54,781 nucleotides of DNA from Candidatus Thorarchaeota archaeon (lineage in GTDB: Archaea; Asgardarchaeota; Thorarchaeia; Thorarchaeales; Thorarchaeaceae), in contig JBHIAE010000019.1 of the NCBI GenBank assembly GCA_046758445.1, forward strand, positions 1 through 54,781, read 5' to 3'. Below, one piece after another: positions 10,014 to 19,060 of the stretch. Under the pieces are notes generated by a model, which was given only the letters and a program-made list of their open reading frames with translations, made no database searches and was not told the DNA's origin. Each line of letters starts with the position of its first letter. The first letter of the stretch is position 1. Made by a program: the position numbers and the translations under genes.

Positions 10014-10751
10014 ATGGAAGACGAGTGTGCACAATGGGAACGACTTGCCGGCGAGTTTGTAGAAAACGAGAAATTCAATCAAGCAGGCCATCAGTATAAG
10101 CAGGCTGCCGCGTGTCATCTCGACCGGGTAATTGAGATGACAAGAAAGGCCGCCGAGTACTATCACATGTACGCCGAGGAGAGAGTCGGAGCTGGAGATC
10201 ATCGGGGCTCGGCTACAGCGTATTTTGAGGCCGCATCACAGTACAGACAGGTCAACGAATATGATACTGCCCTGACGCTATTTGAGCATGCGGCGGAGCA
10301 CGCTCTCAAAGAAGACCTGATTGAGACCGCAGCACAGGCCTATCTTTGGGCTGCGTTCTCGTGTCATAAATTGGGCAATAAAGAGTACTTTCTGACTTGC
10401 GCAGAGAACATGGGAAATCTCTATGACAAGGCAGCCGAGAAAGCTGTCGAAGAGGGAAAGGCTCAGACAGCCGTGATTGACCTCTCCCTTGCGGCCATGG
10501 GCTTTGCGACGATTGAGAAGGTGGCAGAAGCCAAGGATAGAATAGAGAAAGCCAGAAGAGCTGTAGACAAGACCCGTGGAGAGTGGCTAGAGACCCTAGT
10601 ATCTTATGTTGAGGCTCTCGCAGAAAACAGACTTGAAGATGCTGAAGATCATTTCAAGGCATTCAAGGGTCAGGATACAATTCAAGAGCTCATGAGTGCC
10701 TGTTTGGACATTCGTGAAGAAACCGAGAAAGCGCGCAGGAAGGGAAGATAG
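10014..10751 (+). CDS. All-alpha TPR-like protein resembling alpha/gamma-SNAP (NSF attachment protein)
   Basis: Repeating A..Y..AA helical hairpins (AGHQYKQAAACH, SATAYFEAASQY, AAQAYLWAAFSC) and a C-terminal helical bundle; 245 aa. Confidence 0.6.
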   Translation: MEDECAQWERLAGEFVENEKFNQAGHQYKQAAACHLDRVIEMTRKAAEYYHMYAEERVGAGDHRGSATAYFEAASQYRQVNEYDTALTLFEHAAEHALKEDLIETAAQAYLWAAFSCHKLGNKEYFLTCAENMGNLYDKAAEKAVEEGKAQTAVIDLSLAAMGFATIEKVAEAKDRIEKARRAVDKTRGEWLETLVSYVEALAENRLEDAEDHFKAFKGQDTIQELMSACLDIREETEKARRKGR

Positions 10752-10754
10752 AGC

Positions 10755-12005
10755 CTAACCAACCCGAACCATCGATGTCTGCGTTGCCTCTTCTCCCTCT
10801 TTAGCACCCTCAGCACGAACGGTAACAAGCTCGTCACCTAATGACACTCCCTTCACGTAGAGCTGAAACCTTATTCGTTCCATTGGCCCAATGAACTCGA
10901 TTATCTTCTCCATGTTTCCAAGAGATAGTTCTAGGCCATCTGAGAGATCCACTGTCACGCGGATATTGTCTGCTGGACCGTCACCCTCGTTGAAGATTGT
11001 GACGTCAAAGATGGTCTCGTCTCCGATTCCGCTTGATATGCGCTCTGGCGAGAGTTCCATCTTTAGGTCAGACGGAGGTCGAGCAATTCGGAAGTCGACT
11101 ACGTTGCTCATCTTGTTCACCAGTACGCTCTCACCTTCGAGTGTGAGACTGAAGGGACCTACAGTTCCGTCCCCACTGAGAACGGGCATCAGCTCTAAGA
11201 GCCATGAGTCTTCTTTGTCGAGTCTAGACTCAATCTCTGGCTCCTTTGTGAACTTGAGACTCTTGGAAAGAGAATAACGATAGTCCGAAACTCTCACGGG
11301 AACAGGGCATTTGTATCTTAGCTCGAACTCGATTGGAGTCTTTGCCTGCAACTCATCCTTTGCTTCACCTGCCCACTCTATCACGACATCCGTATCGCGT
11401 GCAATCTTCACAGACTCCGTTAGAAATGAGAACAGCCCTTCTTCCGCCGTCCTAGGTTTTGCAGATGAGATGGCCTTGTTCAGCACCTTGGCTGCAACGA
11501 CTCCGCCCTCACACAGAATGTTGACACTGAGGCGAGCAAGGTCAAGCATGGGAACCTTCTCCATAGAAATGTCTGCGATGCGTTTGTCGACTTTTCTGAT
11601 CACGTTGACACCTGTATCGAAGTTTCGAGCTGCAAGGTAGGCAAGGATCCCGAGTGAGGCAAACCTAGTTGACTCCTTTGTCTTCTTGACACGAAAGAGA
11701 TGGTCAGATGCCTCGGAATACAGACCCCCACCTTCATCAAATCTCCTGTCCACAAGAAGCACATCCGCAGCCAGTATCTTCATGTTGGCGGCCCTTTCAT
11801 GGTCTTCCCTCTCGAGCGCGCAGAAAGCAGCCTCGCGGTAGTACTTCACTGCGAAGTCTACCTCCCCGGCCTCTAGGAAGAGGTTTGCTGCCTTTTCGTA
11901 CTCTTGACTAGCATAGTCGGGGTAGTCTTCCTCTAGCTCGCGCAAAGCTCTGGCTATGTGTTTCTTGGCCTTTTTGACCGGGTCTTTTTTCAAGAATCGT
12001 GACAT
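10755..12005 (-). CDS. SNAP-like TPR solenoid fused to two C-terminal Ig-like (CARDB/BatD-like) beta-sandwich domains
   Basis: N-terminal ASQEYEKAANLF...AVKYYREAAFC...AANMKILAADV; C-terminal beta-rich repeats including VTIFNEGDGPADNIRVTVDLSDGL. No signal peptide. Confidence 0.6.
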   Translation of the reverse strand: MSRFLKKDPVKKAKKHIARALRELEEDYPDYASQEYEKAANLFLEAGEVDFAVKYYREAAFCALEREDHERAANMKILAADVLLVDRRFDEGGGLYSEASDHLFRVKKTKESTRFASLGILAYLAARNFDTGVNVIRKVDKRIADISMEKVPMLDLARLSVNILCEGGVVAAKVLNKAISSAKPRTAEEGLFSFLTESVKIARDTDVVIEWAGEAKDELQAKTPIEFELRYKCPVPVRVSDYRYSLSKSLKFTKEPEIESRLDKEDSWLLELMPVLSGDGTVGPFSLTLEGESVLVNKMSNVVDFRIARPPSDLKMELSPERISSGIGDETIFDVTIFNEGDGPADNIRVTVDLSDGLELSLGNMEKIIEFIGPMERIRFQLYVKGVSLGDELVTVRAEGAKEGEEATQTSMVRVG

Positions 12006-12077
12006 CGGTATTCGCCTCAGTGCATCGGGCGCTGTGGTAAAGAATTATGTGTCCCTGCTTTATCGATTTCGGAGGAT

Positions 12078-13292
12078 GTGAACCTGATGACTCAAGAGCC
12101 TCCTTATTGGACAGATCCAATGAAAGGTGAGTTCTCTGTTACCATAGTAGCGTGTGACAAGTCCGAGGGGCAATTTACGACTGTCATAGAGGAAGAGGTT
12201 GTCAGAGCTGCAGGGGGCGGGCAGGCTGGAGATAGAGGGAAACTACTCATTGGTGAAGAAGAGGTTCAATTCACCGACACCGCACGCATCGAAGAGCGGC
12301 TGAGTCTCATCACTAATCGACACATACAGCCCGGGATGCCAGCGACTATCGTGGTTGACCTTGACTGGCGGAAGGCCATGATGAGGAATCACACAGGGGA
12401 GCACCTGTTTGTGGCTGCCATCAAGAAGAGGCACAAAGACACCGAGCTTGGTTACATTTGGATAGACGGTGAACATGGCACAGTGGACCTTGAAGGACCC
12501 GCGTTAGCACTGGACGATTTAGTCCAGGGAGAAGGTGAAGTTCAGCGTCTGATTGAGGAAGAGCTACCAGTCGAAACTGACTTCGTGAAGGCTTCTGAAG
12601 TGAGTTCAGATGTGAGAGCTCGAGAAGGCGTTTCACAAAAGCATCAAATCATCAGAGTGGTCAAGATAGGCGACTTCGACAGCTCTGCTTGCTCGGGCAT
12701 ACACGTTGCGAACACTCGAGATATTGGAGTATTCAAGATCATAGACTACAAGGCGATACCTGAGGGATTGCGTGTGGAATTTGTCACTGGTCAAAGAGCA
12801 AGACAAGAATTGACCAAAGCATACAACGAACTTCTAAGCAGAAAACACGACTATCCGTTCGAGATTGGCCAAGTGGGCGCTGTGTTGGACAAAGCAAGAG
12901 TTTCGACAAGTCAGAGAAAGGATCTTGTCGAGAAGGTTGAACAGCTGCTCACTGAAGGACCCTCGGTGGAGGAGATTGCCAAGGTGAGATTCCTCCATGA
13001 ATACATGGCAGGTTTGGATTCCAAGGCTATGAGAGCGATAGTCAAGAAGATGAAGCTCGAAGGACCTTCAGCCGCTTTGCTGTATTCCCCAAGTAGGAAA
13101 CCGACCTTCATTCTATGGACGAGTGAGCTCGCAGGTGAAGCAAAAGATTATGTTCAAGAAACCGTCGAGCGGCTCGGTGGAAAGGGAGGAGGCAGCAGAG
13201 ATGTCTACACCGGAGGTTTCTCCGAGGCAGACTCGCCGGAAGAAATCTACGACCAATTGGTTGATGGAATCCGCAAATCGCTCAGTAGATAG
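12078..13292 (+). CDS. alaX: Alanyl-tRNA editing protein AlaX with C-terminal DHHA1 (C-Ala) domain
   Basis: GGGQAGDRG, HTGEH (HxxxH), ACSGIHV (CxxxH) and C-terminal GGKGGG. Confidence 0.88.
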   Translation: MNLMTQEPPYWTDPMKGEFSVTIVACDKSEGQFTTVIEEEVVRAAGGGQAGDRGKLLIGEEEVQFTDTARIEERLSLITNRHIQPGMPATIVVDLDWRKAMMRNHTGEHLFVAAIKKRHKDTELGYIWIDGEHGTVDLEGPALALDDLVQGEGEVQRLIEEELPVETDFVKASEVSSDVRAREGVSQKHQIIRVVKIGDFDSSACSGIHVANTRDIGVFKIIDYKAIPEGLRVEFVTGQRARQELTKAYNELLSRKHDYPFEIGQVGAVLDKARVSTSQRKDLVEKVEQLLTEGPSVEEIAKVRFLHEYMAGLDSKAMRAIVKKMKLEGPSAALLYSPSRKPTFILWTSELAGEAKDYVQETVERLGGKGGGSRDVYTGGFSEADSPEEIYDQLVDGIRKSLSR

Positions 13293-13491
13293 TACTACCA
13301 GAAACCAAGCCTCCACGTGCTCTCAGACTGTAGATTCCTCTTTGTCAATCACTGTTCGCAAGCGGGAATACTTTCGGAATGGTCTCCCCCTGACAAGCAT
13401 GTCCTATTAATCGAACTGCTATGACGGACAAGGGCCTTAGCAATGCACAGCAGGATACTGAATGGATCCACCCTCTCTTTGGGGTATTGCT

Positions 13492-14643
13492 ATGGCGATC
13501 GGTCAAACCTTGACTACTCAAATGCAGCTTGGCTCAGTGCCATCATCAAGGCAAGTGACCGTCTTCACCCCTCCCGGACTTCACATAGAAACCGCCAAGT
13601 ATCCTATTTTGATGGGGGGCGTGCTCGCGTCTCCGAAGCCTTCTGACTTCCTCTCAATCTTCGATCACCCCGAGGCCTGGTACGGTCTCGATAGAGAAGG
13701 AATCTTGTCCATGCGAAGACAACTCTACAGGTTCCTAGTTCCAGTTAATGCAAGGGAGATGCATCCTCGCGAAACCATTGACGTCCTTCAAACACTCGCT
13801 CTCTCAGTGAGTCCGGTGGCGATGGAGATTGAATCTCCAAGTCTGCCTTCTCACCATCTGCAACCCGTGGGCGCACTCCTTCCCACCGGTCCAGTAGTTC
13901 ATGCTAAGTCATTTGAGCCTGTGTCTGAGCCCGAAATCAGCAGGGTTGCACGAAGAATAACGGAAGAAGACATCTCTGCGTCAGAGGGAATCTGGAGGCT
14001 GCTTGACTATGACTACTCTCTCGATCAGGCTGCCCGGCTAATGGCTGTCGGGCTTCTTGGTCGCCTTCAGAACAGAAGGATGATCCCGCTCAAGAGTGCA
14101 TATAAAGCCGTCATTGACACGTTTGTAAACAGAGCCGTAATGGAGCTGATGGACTGTCCGGAACCAACCACTTCCAGAGTTCATATGGGAAGTCTGTTTG
14201 GTGATCGCTTCACTGTTCTCCTGACTCCAGGAGAATCCCGGGTTGACTATGTAAGGATTGAAACGACGGGCAACAGGATGTCAAGAGGAGTGAGCATCGA
14301 GAGCTCACGCCATCCTGACTTAGACGCAAAAACATCAGTCTATGCCGATCACGCGAGATATTCTGCCTACTCAGCCCTCATGTCTGAGAAGGCCACTTCA
14401 CATGTCACGATTTTTCATCTCTCTAACAACGCAAAGAACCAAGTGCTGGGACCATGGATTGCGAGGGCCGGAGTAAAGGAAACCCTTCAGACCGATCCGG
14501 TCGTCCTGGATGATAGGGCTAACGTCCTCGCGGTTCTGTTTTCTGTTCTCCGACCAGAACTAGGGGTCTGGACCAGCGAAACTTCTCTCTTGGAAAGGCA
14601 CGGTCTAGAGTGCCCGGTCCGACCCCTAGTTCACACTGCTTGA
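13492..14643 (+). CDS. Nre family (DUF650/DUF651) archaeal DNA-repair protein, divergent
   Basis: PPGLHI...YP...G...FDHPEAWYG....I...R, PTGP, MAVGLLG...RRMIP...AV and LGPWIARAGVKE match Nre blocks. Start uncertain (13462 or 13492). Confidence 0.7.
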   Translation: MAIGQTLTTQMQLGSVPSSRQVTVFTPPGLHIETAKYPILMGGVLASPKPSDFLSIFDHPEAWYGLDREGILSMRRQLYRFLVPVNAREMHPRETIDVLQTLALSVSPVAMEIESPSLPSHHLQPVGALLPTGPVVHAKSFEPVSEPEISRVARRITEEDISASEGIWRLLDYDYSLDQAARLMAVGLLGRLQNRRMIPLKSAYKAVIDTFVNRAVMELMDCPEPTTSRVHMGSLFGDRFTVLLTPGESRVDYVRIETTGNRMSRGVSIESSRHPDLDAKTSVYADHARYSAYSALMSEKATSHVTIFHLSNNAKNQVLGPWIARAGVKETLQTDPVVLDDRANVLAVLFSVLRPELGVWTSETSLLERHGLECPVRPLVHTA

Positions 14644-14676
14644 GGACCTCCAAAAAAGGGAAACTGGGTGTGAACC

Positions 14677-15636
14677 CTAGATCGCCTCTTTCGCTTCTTT
14701 ACGCGAGGCTCCCTTGTACACCAACACAAGTCCAAGCAAGGTCAGAAGACTTCCACCTACAGCTCCGGCGCCCACAAACATGCCGAACACGACAGCCATA
14801 GCGAGTAGGCCAACGCCACCGAGTAGCAGAATCAGTCCTATCCCGATCCCTGCTGCTCGAAACGCCATAGAACGTGGGTACTTACTCTCTATGACGTAGC
14901 CAGTGGCTGCCGCTACTGAGGCCTTGTATTTGCTATTCCCGTATCGGTATTCCAGCTCCCAGACAGGAACGTGGATGAGAAAAGTTTCACCAACATTGAG
15001 GTTGTCATCGCGCTCCTCAATTTTGTCGACCTCGTCCATGACCAACGCGGTCTGCCTCTCATAGGCGATCTGTCTTGCCTGCTTCTTGGCATCATCCTCG
15101 GAAACCTTGCTGTGCAAGACCTTTCCGTCGAACTCCTCTGCATGAGCATGGCTGAAGAACTCCTTGGCTCTGGTCGGGATCGGATGTCGTTTCACGTCCT
15201 CGTCGATGTCAGCCACTCCAGCAATGCTAATCTCATGCCTACGAGTGAATTGGCCTGATTCAGGCTTCCAGAAGTAGTCCAGACGCTTGTAGGCGCCTCG
15301 CCTTTGAGGCCATTCGTCATAGAAGTTGGCGTCTCTTCCTAAGCCGCGATAGGTGGTGTTCGAGTCAACTCTGCTAATCCAGAAGGGATACCAGAACTGT
15401 TCGTACTTCACAAATCGAGCTTTTGCAGGAAGGTCAGCCGGTGCTCCCAGTTGTTTGGACACCCAGTCAAGAAGAGTGGTCTGTGCTTCCGATTGGTCAA
15501 AGTGTACACGAATCATGTAGTGGTCAGTGAACTTTGTTCCGTCGGTCGTCTGTGCTGTTCCGCAGTAAGGACAGACTAGTAGAACATCACCACGTCCTGC
15601 GTCGAAATTCGCATCACAAAATGCACATTTAGCCAT
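14677..15636 (-). CDS. Zinc-ribbon membrane protein (YdjG-like), paralog 1
   Basis: CxxC...CPYCG N-terminus, YPFW, HVPVW...Y...Y...V.AATG.V and two C-terminal TM helices. Confidence 0.7.
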   Translation of the reverse strand: MAKCAFCDANFDAGRGDVLLVCPYCGTAQTTDGTKFTDHYMIRVHFDQSEAQTTLLDWVSKQLGAPADLPAKARFVKYEQFWYPFWISRVDSNTTYRGLGRDANFYDEWPQRRGAYKRLDYFWKPESGQFTRRHEISIAGVADIDEDVKRHPIPTRAKEFFSHAHAEEFDGKVLHSKVSEDDAKKQARQIAYERQTALVMDEVDKIEERDDNLNVGETFLIHVPVWELEYRYGNSKYKASVAAATGYVIESKYPRSMAFRAAGIGIGLILLLGGVGLLAMAVVFGMFVGAGAVGGSLLTLLGLVLVYKGASRKEAKEAI

Positions 15637-15640
15637 GGTA

Positions 15641-16696
15641 TCACCCCTTCTTCTCCCGCTGGGTCATTATGAGCACTCTAAAACCTAAGATTGCCAAAAT
15701 GACACCAACCACCACCAACGCTCCGCCGAGAAGCAGGTTTTCTGTTACATCGGCCAGCCCCCCGGTATAAGCGAGCTGACCGCCCACTGTGGCAAAGACT
15801 ATCCCGAGAAGGCCAAGAATCGTCCACATCATGCGTTGTGCCTTAGTAATGGGAATCTCACCAAGTACTACCTTGCCTGTGTGGCCATCCAGTGCGGCTT
15901 TGTAAAGGTCGCCCTCAAACTTGTATCGTATAAGTGAGAAAGGCGCCTGAAGATATGTTGTCCCTCGCACCTGGGTGTCAGTCCTGCAATCGAACAACTC
16001 AGTCAAGGCACTGTTAGCCTGCGACCTATGCCGATCAGCAACACGTCCATGTACTGTCTTCTCGTACTCCTCCTGACCAATCTCAGCATTGAGAATTGTC
16101 AGCTCGACCTCATCTCCGCGTTCAGTGGATCTGAGGTCCTTTATCTTCTCAAAGTTGTAGGGCTCTGTCTTCTTTAGATCAACCTTCTCTAGGTACTCTT
16201 CAAGACCATAGAACCTAGCACCCTTCCGGGCCAGTAGTCGCTCGTCCGTATCAGTATGGATCTCATCCTGAACTGGGACGTATCCAGTTTCGTGATCTGT
16301 GTAGGTTTCGGTTCGTGTGTTACCGTCCGAATCCCGTACAGTTCTTGTCTTTTGCACGGGAACCTGTACTGTCTTGTAGCCTTTGTACCATGAGTCAGCC
16401 TTCACTTTCGCAGTCCACACTGGCACGAACAATATCTTGTTCTCTACGACTTCTGCCTGCTGGGGGAGAGACTTGTTCATGCCTTTGTTCTTGTCCAAGA
16501 ATGTGCGGAAGCCCTGCAAACGCTCTTCAACATCCACGCCCGACTCCATAAGATGGTCGCCAATGGCCTTTCCTTCAATCGTGGTCGTGCTTCCACAATA
16601 AGTGCACGTGATCACGACATCGTCAGGACCGGTCTTGACATTGCCGTTGCAGACTGGACACTTGAAGACGTCCACTGCTTGTGCTTCAGAACTCAT
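15641..16696 (-). CDS. Zinc-ribbon membrane protein (YdjG-like), paralog 2
   Basis: CPVC...CTYCG, FVPVW, DSDGNTRTETY loop, DGHTGKV and two C-terminal TMs. Start moved to ATG 16696 after GGAGAG. Confidence 0.7.
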   Translation of the reverse strand: MSSEAQAVDVFKCPVCNGNVKTGPDDVVITCTYCGSTTTIEGKAIGDHLMESGVDVEERLQGFRTFLDKNKGMNKSLPQQAEVVENKILFVPVWTAKVKADSWYKGYKTVQVPVQKTRTVRDSDGNTRTETYTDHETGYVPVQDEIHTDTDERLLARKGARFYGLEEYLEKVDLKKTEPYNFEKIKDLRSTERGDEVELTILNAEIGQEEYEKTVHGRVADRHRSQANSALTELFDCRTDTQVRGTTYLQAPFSLIRYKFEGDLYKAALDGHTGKVVLGEIPITKAQRMMWTILGLLGIVFATVGGQLAYTGGLADVTENLLLGGALVVVGVILAILGFRVLIMTQREKKG

Positions 16697-16847
16697 TCTC
16701 AACTCTCCATAGAGTTTCTGCGGGGAAGGTCGTTCTGGAGGCATTTAAGACTTCGTCACACATCTAGGGCGCTTCTAAGGTGCTCAGGATAAATCGACAG
16801 TCTGAATGCCGATCCTGTCTGATCTTCTCAAGAATCTGTGAGAGGAC

Positions 16848-17993
16848 CTACCTTCTGATATCTTGACGAAGTCTGGAAGCCGAGAACTCGTCAACACGAG
16901 CCTTGGCCTCTTCACGGGCAGCCTGGTGTTTCTCGAGGAATTCCATTACGCGCGGTGCTAGGATCTGCTTGCACTCTCCACAGAGTATCTCGCCGCCGCG
17001 GCACTGCCGCTCAATATCCTCCAGCTCCTTGTCGTCAGGCATGAACATGAATTCGTAGTACTTGAAAACACTACAAATGTCAGGATTGGCTCCCAGTTTC
17101 CGTTGCTCCTCAACAGTAGCCCTTCCCCCAGTGAATGCGTTCATGACCTTCTTCTTCGCCATCTTGATGGTATCCGTCGTAAAGATTGTAGACATCGGGT
17201 CGGAAGCCGACATCTTGCCACCCTCTTTGAGACCTGGAACAAACCTGTTCTGGATAGAAGCTGGCTTGTAGTATCCTACTCTTTCAGCAACATCGCGGGT
17301 CACTCGCCAGTAGGGATCCTGGTCAATCGCACATGGAATAATGCAGGGAGTCTTCTTGCCATATATCCACGAATGAATGAAGGCAGGAACTGCCTGAATC
17401 GCAGGGAACCAAATGCCACCGATGTTCATACTATTGTCAAAGCCAAACACTGCCCTCGCCGCTGAAAATGTGACCTTCTTGGCAACTTGGACAGCTATTT
17501 CGTACAATAGATCAATGTGCTCTATGTCTTGAATAATGAAAGTATTCTCTGGCTCAAATCCAAGAGCTAGGAGGTCGAGCGTGTTCTCGTAAGTGAATTT
17601 CCTTACTTTGTCGAGGTCGAGTTGAGGTTCGAACACGAACTTCTCATCGTTCGTCATTTGGAAGTAGAGACGTGTATCGAACCGATCCTGCATCCACTTA
17701 GTGAATATCCAAGTTGGAAGATGGCCAATGTGAGTATGACCACTCGGACCACGCCCGGTATAGAGGGTGAACTTGTTCTTCTTCTCGTATTCGTTGAGAA
17801 TCCATTTGAGGTCACGATGGGAGAAGAAGTAGTCACGTTCAAGCATCACATGCTTCTCTTGCGTAATCTTGTAGATTCGTTGCTTGAGCTCAGGCGTGAT
17901 GCGCTCTGTTCCAAACTCCTTGATTAGGCGGTCATAGTCGATCTTTCCTCTGACCTCCCAGGGAGTCACGACCATTTCTTCTTCGTCAGCCAT
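16848..17993 (-). CDS. trpS: Tryptophan--tRNA ligase (archaeal/eukaryotic type)
   Basis: VTPWEV, YTGRGPSG..HIGH, AIDQDPYWR, KMSAS and CGECK. Start moved to ATG 17993. Confidence 0.97.
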   Translation of the reverse strand: MADEEEMVVTPWEVRGKIDYDRLIKEFGTERITPELKQRIYKITQEKHVMLERDYFFSHRDLKWILNEYEKKNKFTLYTGRGPSGHTHIGHLPTWIFTKWMQDRFDTRLYFQMTNDEKFVFEPQLDLDKVRKFTYENTLDLLALGFEPENTFIIQDIEHIDLLYEIAVQVAKKVTFSAARAVFGFDNSMNIGGIWFPAIQAVPAFIHSWIYGKKTPCIIPCAIDQDPYWRVTRDVAERVGYYKPASIQNRFVPGLKEGGKMSASDPMSTIFTTDTIKMAKKKVMNAFTGGRATVEEQRKLGANPDICSVFKYYEFMFMPDDKELEDIERQCRGGEILCGECKQILAPRVMEFLEKHQAAREEAKARVDEFSASRLRQDIRR

Positions 17994-18170
17994 TCTTGGA
18001 TACCTCTGGATTCTGGATCTGCACCAATGGGACTTCTGAGGCCATGGGTTCGCAATTAAGGGTGATGGTTCCAATTCTCATAACAGCCAGTCGTTGTTTC
18101 GGTACATAGAGTTAGTCTAAAAAGGCAGGGTTCTAGATGTCTGTAGAAGGAGTTCCATGAGGAGATTATC

Positions 18171-18428
18171 GTGGACATTGATGAGTATGAGTTCGAGGAA
18201 GAGGTCACTCATTCAATTCTCGCAGAGCGACTCGAGAGGATGGCTGAGGAGATCAAAAGGGGCGATAAGCTAGAGCTCCCAATGCCTAGCCGCAGAGAGG
18301 GAGTCCTCGAGCTTGCGCTTGGCGAGCCCATTGAAATGGGCATTGAGGTAAGAATGAGGAAGAGCACCATTCGATTGAACGTTTCGCTCGGGTGGGAACG
18401 TATAGAAGTAGGGGGAGATGACGGTTGA
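18171..18428 (+). CDS. Amphi-Trp domain protein
   Basis: 85 aa; acidic N-terminus, amphipathic helix LAERLERMAEEI, beta strands and a terminal L.W motif. Confidence 0.7.
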   Translation: MDIDEYEFEEEVTHSILAERLERMAEEIKRGDKLELPMPSRREGVLELALGEPIEMGIEVRMRKSTIRLNVSLGWERIEVGGDDG

Positions 18429-19048
18429 GTGGAGAGGTCCTAGACAGGTCCCAGATAATCGACGGGCTCGCTCACATTGCTGAGCATCTCGTTAATATCG
18501 CTGCAGTGGTTGACACTGAAATCTGCAGAACTATTGATGGCGAATGCGAGTCTGATTGGGACTCCGCACGCGATTCAGTGGCAGAGGAGTTCAAGGCGAT
18601 TAGTCCTCATTATAGAAAGGTCATGAGCTTCCCCAGCAACGAGCTAGGAATCACAGCACTTGAGGCGATGTCTTCACTTGTCAAGATAAGAGGTGCTTTC
18701 CGACGAATCGTACTTATGATAGACATGTTGAGGGACACGGATTTTCAACCTGTATACATGGACTCCCTTGGTTCAATATCCAAGAAGGTCCATGAAGCGG
18801 TTGTCGCATTACGGACAATGGTCTCCTCGGATGGAGAGAATCCAGAAGCATTAACAGAAGGCCGAATGGCCATATCAAAGCTCGAGCGACAGGTAGATGA
18901 AGAGAATATCATAATCAGCCGTCAGATAGAAGTGACAGAAGGAGGCGACTCTCCATTCGTTAGCTCTGTTATGAGAAAGATAGTCGGAGAACTCGAGAAT
19001 ATCACGGACTACCTCCGGGATCTTGCAGAGGTCATTGAAGGGCTTTGA
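18425..19048 (+). CDS. PhoU/DUF47-like helical-bundle protein
   Basis: ISKLERQVDE and ELENITDYLRDLAEVI are typical PhoU/DUF47 repeat ends; overlaps the upstream stop. Confidence 0.6.
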   Translation: MSGEVLDRSQIIDGLAHIAEHLVNIAAVVDTEICRTIDGECESDWDSARDSVAEEFKAISPHYRKVMSFPSNELGITALEAMSSLVKIRGAFRRIVLMIDMLRDTDFQPVYMDSLGSISKKVHEAVVALRTMVSSDGENPEALTEGRMAISKLERQVDEENIIISRQIEVTEGGDSPFVSSVMRKIVGELENITDYLRDLAEVIEGL

Positions 19049-19060
19049 GGTGTTCGGTGG

